This document shows, one piece after another, positions 48,628 to 59,234 of a stretch of DNA of 64,000 nt. A program made the position numbers and the translations under genes. Below the pieces are notes generated by a model, which ran no database searches, was not told the origin of the DNA, and saw nothing but the letters and a program-made list of their open reading frames with translations. Numbering within the stretch: position 1 is the first letter of the stretch; each line of letters starts with the position of its first letter. Source of the stretch: Promethearchaeota archaeon (GTDB lineage: Archaea; Asgardarchaeota; Heimdallarchaeia; Hodarchaeales; Hodarchaeaceae); assembly GCA_048938105.1 (NCBI GenBank), contig JBHLMN010000007.1, positions 1-64,000 of the forward strand. Reading direction: 5' to 3'.

Positions 48628-50931
48628 TTATCGAAGAGCTAATCGAAGGGTTAAGTTTTCTTCAATAAAACGACCGAATCCAATTAAATCAGCTTGACCA
48701 TGCTTTATTGCTAGCTCTGCAGTTTCAACATCGAAATCACCACTACAAACAATCGGGATATGAGGAAGATCAGCTTTCATTTTTTGAATAAACCGTTCAA
48801 TATCTGATTCCTGCTCTTCTGATTCAGTGAATAAATAATCAATGCAAAGTAATTCGATGCCTGCTCTTCCGATATAGTTAACAACAGTAGATAATTCATC
48901 ATCAGATAAACCACGAAAAGGAGCCGATAAATAATATGCGAGCATAACCTCTGGAGGGAGACTGGCTCGAATGGCTTTTGCAACTTCTAGAGGAAACTGC
49001 ATTCGGTTGTTAAGTGATCCTCCATATTCATCACTTCGCTGGTTGTATATTGGTGAGAGGAATTGACCAAGTAGACCTGGCTTTCCGTGTGCTACGCTTG
49101 AGGATATTTCAATAATATCAAAACCAGCACGTGCAGCACGAACTGCAGCCTCCACATAGGTGTCTCGAAGTTCAGAGATTTCTTTCATCGATAAGGGTCG
49201 AGGAGGATCAAGATTGGGAAGGGCCACCGCTGAAGGTGCTAGAGGTTGAACTCCGCAAATAGACTTCTTTGTTGCTCCACCCGCATGAGTCAAACGAATA
49301 CCAATTAGAGATCCATTCTCATGAACCTGTTTAACTACCTCTACTAACCGAGGAATGACATAATCGTCATGAATTCCGATTTGAGAAGAATTACTCTTTC
49401 CAGAAACAGAAATGTATGCTGGTTCTAGATACACAAGTCCTGCCCCATCTCGCGCTATCTTGGAATAATATGATATTGCCTCACGAGTAATCTGACCATC
49501 AACTATTTCCCCTGCTGGAATTTTTCCAATCGGAGAAGAAGGCATCACAACACGATTACGAGCTTGAAGTTTTCCTAATTGGTAACTTCTAGTCAGAATG
49601 GATTCTTTAGGAATACGATTTTTGATGAATAAAATCATCAAAGTAGCTATTGTATAAAGAGTAGCAGTGAATAAGAATACGTATAAGAATCCAAAGTTGT
49701 CTACGATGTATCCCCCTATTGAAGCAGAAATAGACCAAAACATACCCCACGCCAAGGTCTCTAATGAATTCCATTTTGCTCTTGAAGTTGAAGGAACAAC
49801 ATCCATTAGTATGGATCGACTCACAGGCCCACTCGCATTCATCAAAGCATTGCGGCTTATGTAGAATATTGCTAAAAGCATGACTGAAGTGGAAAAGGAT
49901 ATATATCGGATCTGGTATAGTGGATGGTATAGTACAAGATTAATTACTAGTCCTAATAGACAAATAATCGCAAGTCCTTGAGTAAGGAACATTGTGCCGA
50001 TGCGGCCAAAAATTCGTATTATTCGCTGAGCTATTATTGCCATTAATCCTGTAATAACATTAGTAATACCAACCACGACATAAGTGAATAAAGGTTGTAG
50101 CCCATAACCAATAGTTGAACTAGCAAATAATATAGGGAAGAACGCAACTGTTGCCCCAGCGCCAAAACCAATGATTACACCGCTAATAACAAGTATAATT
50201 GGTGTAATTACATCATATGAAAATGGATGTCCAAAAATTGTGACAACAGGAAAATCCTCCATACTTCCTTTTGGTGGAGAAATTCCTATAGGAGGAGAAA
50301 CAGGCTTTTTTATTTTAACTAATATTGCTTTACTATCAGAAACAAAAACTATCGCAATATATGCAAATATTCCACTTATTCCTCCCACAAATATGAGATT
50401 TTGAAGAAGCATGAGATCCCAGATGTCACCAAAAATCAATGTTAACCAAGCTGCTAAAAAAGGGCCTGCAGCTGAAGCTAAAAGGTTAGCAAAAAACATC
50501 TTAGCAAATACTCGACTTCGATCTCCTGATTCAATTGAATCTGCTATTAAAGCTTGACCTGCAGGGCCAGATAACCCCCATCCTATTCCTCCAAGAATTT
50601 CACTAATAAAAAGTACGGATAAAGCGGCTGAAGGAGTTCCAGTTAAGAATGTTGAATAAATAAGTGTCAATTGGGCAAAAACACCGAAGATCACAGAGAT
50701 TCGGACAAGGAGATCCCGTCGATATTTATCCGCGAAATAACCTGATGGGAAAACAAAAATAGTCGAAGCAATACCTTGGATTGTAAAAAGATTCCCTAGG
50801 ACGAAATTAGATTGACCTAGTCCTTGAGGGGGATTATTTATAACATAAATTGAGAATGCGGTCTGAATTATCCCCATTCCAATAGCAGAACCGATCGTTT
50901 GGAGATACGCCAACCTAATATTCCAATTCAT
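48628..50931 (-). CDS. MFS transporter fused to an NADH:flavin oxidoreductase (Old Yellow Enzyme) domain
   Basis: Continuous ORF. N-terminal 12-TM MFS (GYFADKYRR); C-terminal NRVVMP, A.DGAGL, L.HAG, AA.RA..AGFD, QFLSP..NQR.DEYGG...NR and ADLIGFGR. Start placed at MNWNI. Confidence 0.85.
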   Translation of the reverse strand: MNWNIRLAYLQTIGSAIGMGIIQTAFSIYVINNPPQGLGQSNFVLGNLFTIQGIASTIFVFPSGYFADKYRRDLLVRISVIFGVFAQLTLIYSTFLTGTPSAALSVLFISEILGGIGWGLSGPAGQALIADSIESGDRSRVFAKMFFANLLASAAGPFLAAWLTLIFGDIWDLMLLQNLIFVGGISGIFAYIAIVFVSDSKAILVKIKKPVSPPIGISPPKGSMEDFPVVTIFGHPFSYDVITPIILVISGVIIGFGAGATVAFFPILFASSTIGYGLQPLFTYVVVGITNVITGLMAIIAQRIIRIFGRIGTMFLTQGLAIICLLGLVINLVLYHPLYQIRYISFSTSVMLLAIFYISRNALMNASGPVSRSILMDVVPSTSRAKWNSLETLAWGMFWSISASIGGYIVDNFGFLYVFLFTATLYTIATLMILFIKNRIPKESILTRSYQLGKLQARNRVVMPSSPIGKIPAGEIVDGQITREAISYYSKIARDGAGLVYLEPAYISVSGKSNSSQIGIHDDYVIPRLVEVVKQVHENGSLIGIRLTHAGGATKKSICGVQPLAPSAVALPNLDPPRPLSMKEISELRDTYVEAAVRAARAGFDIIEISSSVAHGKPGLLGQFLSPIYNQRSDEYGGSLNNRMQFPLEVAKAIRASLPPEVMLAYYLSAPFRGLSDDELSTVVNYIGRAGIELLCIDYLFTESEEQESDIERFIQKMKADLPHIPIVCSGDFDVETAELAIKHGQADLIGFGRFIEENLTLRLALR

Positions 50932-51180
50932 TTTTTCAGCACTTCTTTTATCAACTAACTTAATTTGTGAATAAGTAGATTTCCCTAATACCTTTACTTC
51001 ATGAATTTTTGGTCTTAAACATAAAACACTTATTACTTTCATCTATTAAAATTAGTTCGGTATATACTATTATCAATAAACCATCATGAAAATCGAATAC
51101 TGTAAAGATTATGTGACAAAAAATAAATATTCTCTTTAAGATTCAGTCAAAACATCTAATAAATAATGGAGAAATAAATC

Positions 51181-51651
51181 TTGACTAAAGCAATTATCGA
51201 AACTAAATATGGTAATATTACAATAGAATTCTTTGATGAAATTACGAACACCGTTAAGAATTTTGTATCATTAGCAGAATCAGGATTTTATGATGGTTTG
51301 ACATTTCATCGGTGTATCCCAGATTTCGTTGCGCAAGGAGGATGCCCCCAAGGGACTGGTACAGGTGATCCAGGATACTCCATTCCTTGTGAGACAGAAA
51401 AAAATACAGGAAAACACAAACATGTCCGAGGAGCTCTCTCAATGGCACATGCAGGCAAAGATACTGGTGGATCACAATTTTTCTTAGTAAGAGCTCCCCA
51501 ACCTCATCTGGATGGGAAACACACGGTTTTTGGCCGAATTACTGAAGGCCTTGACATAATTGATAGATTAAGTAATGGAGATAAGATGAATAGGGTAAGA
51601 ATAGAAGATAAAAGTTCATTAGTTCAAAATCACCAGTTAATTAAGATTTAA
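51181..51651 (+). CDS. Cyclophilin-type peptidyl-prolyl cis-trans isomerase
   Basis: [33 protein letters not shown] and [10 protein letters not shown]. Confidence 0.95.
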   Translation: MTKAIIETKYGNITIEFFDEITNTVKNFVSLAESGFYDGLTFHRCIPDFVAQGGCPQGTGTGDPGYSIPCETEKNTGKHKHVRGALSMAHAGKDTGGSQFFLVRAPQPHLDGKHTVFGRITEGLDIIDRLSNGDKMNRVRIEDKSSLVQNHQLIKI

Positions 51652-51697
51652 ATATAGGTAAAAATAATGTGTTTCTAGGATCAAATGGGGGTTTCTA

Positions 51698-52261
51698 ATA
51701 ATTCCTGTTTGTAAGAAATGCCATAATTATGTCATGAAATTAGATGAGGATAATCCCTGCCCGCATTGTGGTAACACAGAAACATTGACAGACAGATCGG
51801 ATAAAGATTTTAGGCCAGTTATTCCGAGGGACTTACAATTTGACTTTCAAAAAGAAATCGGAGATGAGGAGAATGTTTTCGTAGCCCCTACTCCTCAAGA
51901 GACATATGGCACCGAAAGAAGATTACCAAAACCTCCTGTAATGCAAGAAACACCAGATCTTGCACCAAAACGAGTTTCTCAAGACATCCCTCTTGAGGAG
52001 ATTTTTCCGACTATTGAAAACGCTACACTCGATCCTGCTTCCCAAAAAGTCTACTTTCAACTCTCTATTGAATTTCAAATCATATTAAATAAAGCTTCCA
52101 ACTATCGACAAGGCCTCTTCCGTTGGAATTTACTATTACCCGACAGGTTACAAGAATATGGATTGACAGAGGAAGCATGGCACAAAATCGCGGCAAAAGG
52201 GGATGGGGATGAGAAAATTCAGGAGCAATTAAATCGATTACTTCGATCAATTTTCGGATAA
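51698..52261 (+). CDS. Zinc-ribbon-containing hypothetical protein (probable non-canonical start)
   Basis: In-frame CKKC upstream of ATG 51734 pairs with CPHC; no in-frame ATG/GTG/TTG before the stop at 51665. Confidence 0.55.
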   Translation: MIPVCKKCHNYVMKLDEDNPCPHCGNTETLTDRSDKDFRPVIPRDLQFDFQKEIGDEENVFVAPTPQETYGTERRLPKPPVMQETPDLAPKRVSQDIPLEEIFPTIENATLDPASQKVYFQLSIEFQIILNKASNYRQGLFRWNLLLPDRLQEYGLTEEAWHKIAAKGDGDEKIQEQLNRLLRSIFG

Positions 52262-52302
52262 AGAAAAAGGGATTTTCTAAAAATCTTCAAGAAAGTTCTA
52301 CA

Positions 52303-53640
52303 CTATTCTTGAATTAATGAGATATCAATCCCTTTAGTCTCAGGAATCAACCTAGGAACAACCAACATAGCGAGATAAGCAAATGTACACGCAAGCATTG
52401 CGACAGCTAATGCTTGAGCATGTCCTAATGGATTTTCGATAACTGGGCCTGAAGGCTGAAGAGTTTCTGCAATTATCCCAACGAAGAAGGCTCCCCACGC
52501 TAATCCACGAGCTACTGAAAAAATAATAGAAGTAGCTGTCGCTCTGAATCTTGTAGGAAAAACCTCACTTGACCATACCCCAAAAACTCCATGCATTCCA
52601 AATGAAATTGTTAAGACAAGACAGCCAATTATAATTAAAGGAGTTAGAACCATTATAAAATTTGCAACAAAGAAAATAGAGGCTCCAACAAGACCTATAA
52701 TTGAACAGCCGAAAAAAGCATTTCTCCTACCCACACGATCACTTAACCAACCAGTAGTGAATAAAGCAAAAGCAGCAATAACCATTACAGCTAGCATAAC
52801 TACCATTGAAAGCGTACCTGCAGAATCAACGTCTCCCCCCGCTCTTTGTAGCTCATAAGTGAATAAATATTCGAAGTAGGTAGGTGCCCAATCAGCGAGG
52901 GTGTGGTAGGCGAATTCAGAAAGCCAAAATAACAGTGTCAGTAAGAGAGTTAATTTCAACCATTTTCCTTGTAATATGTCAAAAATCCTTACTTTTTCTG
53001 GTTTTACTTCATCTTCAAGTTGTACCGTTTTTTTATAATCAGTCCAAACTTGAGATTCATCTAAGGAAAATTCTAAGTATATTAAAAATGGAATAGGGAA
53101 AAGAGCAGAGAGAAAACACATTCTCCATCCTTCAAGAACAAGAGGCCCAAACGTAATAGGATCGATATTCCCAAAAATCAGAGTGACTATAACAGCTCCA
53201 ATATACCCAACCACAAAGGTCGCATGAACCAATCCACCGGCAGCCCCTCGTTTTTCTGACGAAAATGTTTCAGAAAGCAAAGAAAATGAAATACCCCATG
53301 AAACTCCAAGCCCAGAAAGTAATCTTAGCAAAGCAAATATTTCAAAAGTTGGTGCAATTGCTGAAAGCGAGGTAAAAATAGAATCCCAAAGTACAGAGAG
53401 TAGGAGGATGTTTTTTCTGCCAAAGCGATCAGCTAATTCACCAAAGAGTGCAGCTCCTGGTACAGTCATGACATACTGAGCGGAAAAAACGAATCCAATC
53501 GCAATTTTATCTACACCATACGCAGCACTGATTGTTGTAGCAAGTAGGCTTACCAATACCAAAGCAAACCCATCATGGGCCCAACCAATTATCCCAGCTA
53601 TTAAAACCGGAATTTTACTAGTATTTTGCAATTCGGTCAT
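52303..53640 (-). CDS. MFS transporter (sugar / aromatic acid:H+ symporter-like)
   Basis: G.LADRFGRK, SE.F....RG, GWR, LSDRVGRR, SEVFPT..RAT and PETKG. Confidence 0.9.
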   Translation of the reverse strand: MTELQNTSKIPVLIAGIIGWAHDGFALVLVSLLATTISAAYGVDKIAIGFVFSAQYVMTVPGAALFGELADRFGRKNILLLSVLWDSIFTSLSAIAPTFEIFALLRLLSGLGVSWGISFSLLSETFSSEKRGAAGGLVHATFVVGYIGAVIVTLIFGNIDPITFGPLVLEGWRMCFLSALFPIPFLIYLEFSLDESQVWTDYKKTVQLEDEVKPEKVRIFDILQGKWLKLTLLLTLLFWLSEFAYHTLADWAPTYFEYLFTYELQRAGGDVDSAGTLSMVVMLAVMVIAAFALFTTGWLSDRVGRRNAFFGCSIIGLVGASIFFVANFIMVLTPLIIIGCLVLTISFGMHGVFGVWSSEVFPTRFRATATSIIFSVARGLAWGAFFVGIIAETLQPSGPVIENPLGHAQALAVAMLACTFAYLAMLVVPRLIPETKGIDISLIQE

Positions 53641-53805
53641 GAATAATCACTCTGAACCAATGATAACGACGCTAAAGAAGAGTAGTGATTTGATCAATAT
53701 ATTAAGTTAAAAAATCTTTTGTATAATTTATTTTATAGCTAAGTAAGATCTAAATTAAACCATTGGAAAAAATTAATCAAATTAAAGTCTCCACTATCCA
53801 TCCCT

Positions 53806-55902
53806 TTATTGGAATTTCCTAGATAATAACTGCTGCATGAGTCCTTTTTTTAAACGGATAATTTTATCCATATACTCTTGAGTTGCTGCTATTCTTGCAT
53901 CTATAGCTGAGAGAATTTCAACGATTTCTTTTTGTTCTGCAATAGATGGAAGAGGAATTTGAATGGTATTAAAATCAGTTCTATTAATTCCTCCCACGAC
54001 CCCATGAAATCTCTTCTTGATTTGATTCTGACAAAGCGAAGAGAACAGGAGATAGAAGAGAAAATGACTATCAAGTCTCTCAGGGTTTTTACTTCTAACA
54101 ATAAACACATGTTCATTAACTGCTACTTTTTTAAATGGTAATTCTTTTACAAATGCAACTTTACCAGTTGTTGCTCCGTCCTTGACTATCAAAATGTCAT
54201 CCTTTCTGACTTTCCCTTGTGTTAGATATTTGTCATATAATTCTTCTGGTATGAACTTGATATTATCCCAAATCACATTACCAGATTCATTTATGTGTTC
54301 TCCGCCTACACTGGCAACTGTCCCCTCTTTCAGTGCTCCACCTTTTGCTCTTTTTCCTGTTTCCAAGTCTACCAACTCCCCAAGGTGAACAATATCCCAT
54401 GAATAAGATTGTATCTTGTTATACTGATTTAACTCTGTTTGAACCGTTTTATTAAAATCTCGATATTCCTTCTCGTATGTTCTTAATTTAGAAATCTCTG
54501 AAAGAACTTGAACCACATTAATCGATTCCTCCTCAACTATGGTTTCGACATATAATGGAATGTTTAGATTATAGTCAAGATCTTGGATTTCATCTAGCGA
54601 GACAACTCGAGAAAATTTGTCAATAGATTCATATTTTTTGAATGCTTTTACAATTCTTTCTATATCATTCACTCGAAGGAAATTTTGTGATCTTCCCTCC
54701 TTATAATAGTTAAAGGCATCAATGAACAAAATTCTTCGTTTTTGGTGAGGATGTTTTCTTTTATTAATCAATATAATAGCTGCTGGTATTGATGTCCCAT
54801 AAAAAAGATTGGGGGGTAAACCAACAATTGCTTCTATTAAATCATTCTGAATTAATGCCTTTCGGATCTTTTTTTCAGCTCCTCCTCTAAACAAAACTCC
54901 ATGAGGCAATATTATTCCCATTCGACCATCATCACGAAGTGTTGCGAACATATGTTGTAAGAAAGCAAAATCTCCGTAATTTTTTGACGGAATACCGAAA
55001 GTAAAACGATTATATGGATCATTTTGAGCTACTTCCATCCCCCAATTAGATAAAGAAAATGGTGGATTGGCAATAACAATATCAAAAAGAAGAAGTTTAT
55101 TCTCTCTTAGCAATTTTGGATTTCGTATTGTATCTCCTTTTTCAATTTGCGAATTTACAATCCCATGAAGGAGTATATTTATTTTGCAAATTACCCAAGT
55201 ATATTTATTCTTCTCTTGACCAAATAAAAATAAACTCCGCCAATTTTCACCTTTCTCCTTCATGTATTCAACACACTGAATCAACATTCCTCCAGACCCT
55301 ACTGTTGGATCAGCTACCCGCATACCTTCTTTTGGTTGAAGTAATTCTACCAAGAGTCGAGCAACCATCTTCGGAGTATAAAACTCTCCTCCTTTCTTCC
55401 CAGCTGATTCTGCAAATTGGGCAACTAAATATTCATAAGCTCTCCCCAATATATCGGGATCTACTAAATCACAGTTTCGGAGTCTATATAAGCTGAAATG
55501 CTTAATTAAATGATCCAATGTTTCACCAGACAGACGTTCGTTTATACTGAAATCAATTCCACTCAAAATTCCTTCTAAAGACGGATTATGCTCTTCGATT
55601 GCTTTACAGGCTTCGCCCAAAGAAGTTAAATTGAGTGAACTCCATCGAGCTGTGTGGGGGATAAAAAAGCTATAGTATCCTCGATCTTCAGTAAAACTCA
55701 CCCTCCTCTCTCTTTCTTCCTCAAAAACGTCATTTAATCTTTTTAAAAACAGTAAACAAAAAATATAATGTTTATATTCTGACGCATCAACGCTTCCCCG
55801 TAAAATGTTTCCAGCCTCCCAGAGATGCCCCTCTAGCTCTTTCTGAGTTAATTTAATACCCAGATAGCGGTGTAGTTTATCTTGGTACTGTTTTTCTGGC
55901 AT
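53806..55902 (-). CDS. hsdM: Type I R-M methyltransferase HsdM fused to a single-TRD HsdS half
   Basis: LW.A...LRG, LFLKRL.D, G.AYEYL, GEFYTP, DPT.GSGGML, NPPF and YNLNI..Y; then W....LG, KDGATTGK, IPLP...EQ..IV.IL and KKGLMQQLL. Confidence 0.9.
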   Translation of the reverse strand: MPEKQYQDKLHRYLGIKLTQKELEGHLWEAGNILRGSVDASEYKHYIFCLLFLKRLNDVFEEERERRVSFTEDRGYYSFFIPHTARWSSLNLTSLGEACKAIEEHNPSLEGILSGIDFSINERLSGETLDHLIKHFSLYRLRNCDLVDPDILGRAYEYLVAQFAESAGKKGGEFYTPKMVARLLVELLQPKEGMRVADPTVGSGGMLIQCVEYMKEKGENWRSLFLFGQEKNKYTWVICKINILLHGIVNSQIEKGDTIRNPKLLRENKLLLFDIVIANPPFSLSNWGMEVAQNDPYNRFTFGIPSKNYGDFAFLQHMFATLRDDGRMGIILPHGVLFRGGAEKKIRKALIQNDLIEAIVGLPPNLFYGTSIPAAIILINKRKHPHQKRRILFIDAFNYYKEGRSQNFLRVNDIERIVKAFKKYESIDKFSRVVSLDEIQDLDYNLNIPLYVETIVEEESINVVQVLSEISKLRTYEKEYRDFNKTVQTELNQYNKIQSYSWDIVHLGELVDLETGKRAKGGALKEGTVASVGGEHINESGNVIWDNIKFIPEELYDKYLTQGKVRKDDILIVKDGATTGKVAFVKELPFKKVAVNEHVFIVRSKNPERLDSHFLFYLLFSSLCQNQIKKRFHGVVGGINRTDFNTIQIPLPSIAEQKEIVEILSAIDARIAATQEYMDKIIRLKKGLMQQLLSRKFQ

Positions 55903-56011
55903 ATAAATTGCCTTTAGTTCTAGTCTGAATTTATATTTTTCTAAAAAAGAGTGTTTTTTAAAATATATTATAAAAAAAAGATGTTAATAATTAATCTCTT
56001 GCTTTTAATAT

Positions 56012-57247
56012 GTGAGAAGACTGAAATTGAATACAAGCCAGAAGGTTAAACAGGAACAGTTCTATCTAGCTTCAGTTGATATACTCCAAGGAATTTCGGT
56101 ATTATACTTTATTATCTGGCATACAATGCTCTGGTGGGATCATTACATTGATTCAAAATGGCCAAATGTCTTGTTGACTACAAATATCTTTATGACGACG
56201 GCAATGGTCATTCCTCCTCTGTTTTTTTTCCTTTATGGGTTTAATGTTGTAAATTCTCTACTACAAAGAACAACAGAATCTGATCGTAATAATAGTAGAA
56301 CCCGATTAATAAAACGTACACTGATTTTCTTTATAATTGCAGAATTTGCTGAAGGTGCAACAGCATTGGTGACTAACCCGAAGTATTTAATTAACTATCT
56401 TCTTACATGGGAATTATTTCATTTATTCTCTCTCACTACAATCTTCCTTTTATTGATATTTGAGTTGGCATGGAAACTTGAGTATAAAAAAGCTTATGAT
56501 TACCGGAAAGTGAGTTCAGGTGTCTTAATTTTTTTTCTAGGTAGCATACTAGCGATATTCCTACTCATTCATGATTATTCAAGTGGTTTGGCAATTGAAA
56601 AATTATATGTAGATTTAACCCTCGATTCTATTCTTAAGCGAGCTATGTTCGAATATGGTCAAAATCCAGTGATTCCTTGGCTCTCTTTCCCAATTATCGG
56701 TGGAATTACTGCTAACTTTCTTGATTTACCTCATGAACAAAAAAAAGCAGTAGGAAAGAAACTGAGATTAGCATTATTAAGTGGGGTAGTATCTCTGGTT
56801 ATAGGAACGTTATATCTAGGATTTGAAAGATATATTTCAACTGCAGTCTATTACCCAGCTTCTTCATCGTTTGTATTCATATCTATAGGTACCATTATCC
56901 TTTCAACAACTATATTGATTCTTTTTATCGATTTAAATTCTTCTAGTTCTCATCAAACTGTTCTCAAAATATTCTCTCCTCTTATTCTTATTAGTAAGAT
57001 CTCGTTGACCGTTTTTATTATACATAATGTAGTTTATATTATCCCACCCCAAACACCACTCTTACAAGTATTGATCTTTTCTGAAACAGCTGCCATGACT
57101 ACAGGCTTCATTTATTCAATCTTTTTCATAGTAATTGCTTTTTTTTGGCAAAAAAGGAGCTTCAAGTTTAGTTTAGAATGGACTATCTCGAAACTGCAAA
57201 AAGCACAATGGCGATGGTGGATAAATAATCAGAGAGAATTCAAATAA
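56012..57247 (+). CDS. Membrane-bound acyltransferase-like protein (HGSNAT/DUF1624-like)
   Basis: S.D.L.G....(FII)WH, P.FF.L.G, P..PW and SL..FI.H motifs within about 10 TM helices. Confidence 0.6.
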   Translation: MRRLKLNTSQKVKQEQFYLASVDILQGISVLYFIIWHTMLWWDHYIDSKWPNVLLTTNIFMTTAMVIPPLFFFLYGFNVVNSLLQRTTESDRNNSRTRLIKRTLIFFIIAEFAEGATALVTNPKYLINYLLTWELFHLFSLTTIFLLLIFELAWKLEYKKAYDYRKVSSGVLIFFLGSILAIFLLIHDYSSGLAIEKLYVDLTLDSILKRAMFEYGQNPVIPWLSFPIIGGITANFLDLPHEQKKAVGKKLRLALLSGVVSLVIGTLYLGFERYISTAVYYPASSSFVFISIGTIILSTTILILFIDLNSSSSHQTVLKIFSPLILISKISLTVFIIHNVVYIIPPQTPLLQVLIFSETAAMTTGFIYSIFFIVIAFFWQKRSFKFSLEWTISKLQKAQWRWWINNQREFK

Positions 57248-57484
57248 TCTTCAAATGGTTCCTTTGATTCTTTTTTTCTGTTTTAATTTTTGAAATAGTT
57301 TATTTTTATATTTCCAAGATTAATACTGAGAAAAAAATAAAATTTTCACTTTATATTCAGTTGAGACTCCATTGTGATTATCCTTAAATTTTATTCTGGG
57401 TTAGCCATTATCAATCCCTTTTTGATAAATTAACAACCACATTCAACAGTTTTTAGTGAATTTCTCAAACAAATCAAATATTGA

Positions 57485-58576
57485 ATGATTTTATATAGTA
57501 GTACTGCCCAATTTTATAATGAAGTTATGCAATCAGATATACTGAATAATTCTCACTCTGTTCTTGAACAACCTGTCATAAATGGTCATGAAATGTTGTT
57601 ATTCGAAGCAAACATTGCTTGGAATGCAATCAAAGGATGGAGTTTAGATCAATATCTCAATCAGAAGGAACTTTTAGTCTACGATGATAGAACTATCAAT
57701 CTATCATTCATCAAATCCATAGACCAAAAAGAGAGTGGGAATCAATTATTTCATAAAATATTGAGCCACCACCCAATAAGTAAGCTTCTTCGATTAATGG
57801 ATCAAAATCAACTTGAAAAAATCAGAGAAATTCTTCGAAATCATATCTGGAAGGCAATAAAGGGAGATAACATACTCGGTGTGTCTTTTCTATTTAATTT
57901 TGAAGATCATATTGTCTCTAACATGTCTAGAGTCATTAATTTTGAAAAAATCTTGAAAGAGCTATTTCAGAATCAATATGGTTTTCCAATAGATTGCTGC
58001 TGTCTATATCCTTCTTCAATTGATGTTTTGGACTTTGCAGAGCTAGTAGATCTTCATAATGGATATCAAATCTTTGATAAATTTCAACACGCAAGAGTTA
58101 AACATCATTCATCTCTCAGTCAATCAATGATTTGGGATAATAATGAAACTTATGAGCTTAAGGATTCACTTCCTTTTATTGCTAAAAGAGCTCTATCAAA
58201 AAACAACGCCCCATTCTATTTTTTCAGAGGAAATGAAATTATTGGGATTGCTCATAACCTCGAGAGTTTCTATGAACAATTAGCAGAAGTTCCATTAGAT
58301 GTGTTTTGTTTTCACTGCTATAGAATGAGTCAATCTAGTCTCGCAGGGGAGAGGACTTCTCCTAGCCCTAGAAGTGATATTGCCCTATGGATTGAGTATT
58401 CACTGGGAGACATGAAACTTGCTCATCAAATCTTTGATACAGTAAGTCATTCGATGGGGGATGGATTAAAAACCTTAGAATCTGCGTCTAAATTTACAAA
58501 ATCTACAATAAAATCTACAATATTAGAACTAATTAAATCAAGGATCGATTTTCTTTCTTTCGGAGATTTCATTTAG
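57485..58576 (+). CDS. Putative MEDS-like sensor domain plus DUF5752-like domain
   Basis: C-terminal PFYF..G.....A.NL..F...L..V......FH...SD.A.WI...LGD..LA; upstream FE......CLY........L...H. Confidence 0.5.
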   Translation: MILYSSTAQFYNEVMQSDILNNSHSVLEQPVINGHEMLLFEANIAWNAIKGWSLDQYLNQKELLVYDDRTINLSFIKSIDQKESGNQLFHKILSHHPISKLLRLMDQNQLEKIREILRNHIWKAIKGDNILGVSFLFNFEDHIVSNMSRVINFEKILKELFQNQYGFPIDCCCLYPSSIDVLDFAELVDLHNGYQIFDKFQHARVKHHSSLSQSMIWDNNETYELKDSLPFIAKRALSKNNAPFYFFRGNEIIGIAHNLESFYEQLAEVPLDVFCFHCYRMSQSSLAGERTSPSPRSDIALWIEYSLGDMKLAHQIFDTVSHSMGDGLKTLESASKFTKSTIKSTILELIKSRIDFLSFGDFI

Positions 58577-58597
58577 ATAATTCAACCAGACACATCT

Positions 58598-59107
58598 TCA
58601 AGATGTATAGGGGACACCACTAGGAGCCATCTTAAAATTAAGTGTTTTCTTGACAATACAATAGGATCGCTTGAAGAAACTTAACCACTTGTCCATATGA
58701 TTCTCCCTGTATTGTTTATATCCTAGAAACAAGTAAAAATTCTTTCTCTCATCTTTCGGGGCTATAACCTCAATTCTATTGACGTTAAAAATTACAATTT
58801 CTTCAACAACACGCATTAAGGAGCTTCCAATTCTGTTTCTTTGATACTGCTTATTAACTGCTACACTGATAACGAACGCATGATGTTCTCTAATTTGAAA
58901 AACAACCCCCCCGAGGATCTCACCATAATCAGCTTTAGCAACTAAACAGAGATGATCCTTTTTCAGGCCGTGATAGAAATTTGGAATATCAAACTGTGAA
59001 AAAATCCTCGTCAATTCATGAAAATCACGTTCAGAACCCAAATTTCGGATTTGATACTTTGGTGGGTTTTTGATCTTTGAAATCTCCCTGTGAATCGTTT
59101 TATACAT
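58598..59107 (-). CDS. GNAT family N-acetyltransferase
   Basis: VAV..QYQRNRIGSSLM and FY..LGY motifs. Confidence 0.8.
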   Translation of the reverse strand: MYKTIHREISKIKNPPKYQIRNLGSERDFHELTRIFSQFDIPNFYHGLKKDHLCLVAKADYGEILGGVVFQIREHHAFVISVAVNKQYQRNRIGSSLMRVVEEIVIFNVNRIEVIAPKDERKNFYLFLGYKQYRENHMDKWLSFFKRSYCIVKKTLNFKMAPSGVPYTS

Positions 59108-59234
59108 GTTTAAAGAATCAGTTTATTAAAAAATTTCCTATTTGCTTGTTTGAGTAATATTTTATAAAAATCTTAACACTCGAAGCTATATTGAAATCTC
59201 ATTATAAATTCAAGATCTATAGGAAGATTATTTT

